A stretch of DNA of 64,000 nucleotides from Squalus acanthias (lineage: Eukaryota): NCBI GenBank assembly GCA_030390025.1, contig JASTWF010000034.1:5208001-5272000 (forward strand), written 5' to 3'. The notes under the pieces are model-generated. The model worked only from the letters and a program-made list of their open reading frames with translations. It was not told the origin of the DNA and did no database searches. The position numbers and the translations under genes are program-made. Shown in pieces: positions 63,294 to 64,000 of this stretch (its first letter is position 1; every line of letters starts with the position of its first letter).

Positions 63294-64000
63294 CCAGTAC
63301 TAAGGGAGTGCTGCATTTTCGGAGGTGCAGGACTAAGGGAGTGCATCTCTGTCAGTGGGGCAGTACTGAGGGAGCACTGCACTGTCGGAGGGGCAGTACT
63401 GAAGGAGTGCATCTCTGTCAGCGGGGCAGTACTGAGGGATCGCTGCACTGTCAGAGGGGCAGTACTGAGGGATCGCTGCACTGTCAAAGGGGCAGTACTG
63501 AGGGAGCACTGCACTGTCAGATGGGCAGTACTGAGGGAGCGCTGCACTGTCAGATGGGCAGTACTGAGGGAGCACTGCACTGTCAGAGGGGCAGTACTGA
63601 GGGAGCACTGCACTGTCGGAGGGGCAGTACTGAGGGATCGCTGCACTGTCAGAGGAGCAGTACTGAGGGATCGCTGCACTGTCAGAGGGGCAGTACTGAG
63701 GGAGTACTACACTGTAAGAGGGGCAGTACTGAGGGAGCAGTGTACTGTCGGAGGAGCAGTACTGAGGGTGCACTGCACTGTCAGAGGGGCAGTCCTGAGG
63801 GAGCACTGCACTGTCAGAGGGGCAGTACTGAGGGAGCACTGCACTGTCAGAGGGGCAGTACTGAGGGAGAACTGCACTGTCAGAGGGGCAGTACTGAGGG
63901 AGCACTGCACTGTCAGAGGGGCAGTACTGAGGGAGCACTGCACTGTCAGAGGGGCAGTACTGAGGGAGCACTGCACTGTCAGAGGTGCCGTCTCGCAGAT
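63294..64000 (+). repeat. 33-bp minisatellite (GGGAGCACTGCACTGTCAGAGGGGCAGTACTGA, ~21 copies), probably amplified from a SINE segment
   Basis: Directly visible 33-bp period. The last unit runs into ...CTGTCAGAGGTGCCGTCTCGCAGAT, resembling Deu-domain SINE sequence. Confidence 0.92.

Noticed and set aside
63290..63976. Repetitive ORFs (PQYCPSDSAVL)n and (STAPLTVQCSL)n
   Set aside because: A 33-bp unit equals 11 codons, so frames stay open automatically. No splice or promoter evidence.

Overview
Eukaryotic genomic DNA, almost certainly from a cartilaginous fish (shark-type CR1/L2 LINEs, a Deu-domain SINE-derived minisatellite and a GPR139-like exon); the taxon is inferred from repeat content. 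Bases 1 to ~40,600 are a single head-to-tail AT-rich 52-bp satellite array (~780 monomers). It has a zone with 50-bp variants, a homogeneous core and a diverged edge containing higher-order repeats. The remaining ~23 kb is almost entirely retroelement-derived: L2 and CR1 fragments, two nested CR1 clusters with resolvable junctions or TSDs, and two full-length but disabled CR1s. It also holds a young 5'-truncated Penelope-like (Neptune-type) element with an uninterrupted RT+GIY-YIG ORF, a 12-bp TSD and a minimal hammerhead ribozyme. The only host-gene candidate is exon 1 of a GPR139/142-like class A GPCR (~45304-45610, +). Its N-terminus is built from a 42-bp coding minisatellite in which every unit carries an N-glycosylation sequon and a strong-Kozak ATG. 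Exon 2 is not in the window. All calls were made by eye; repeat boundaries are approximate unless a TSD is given.
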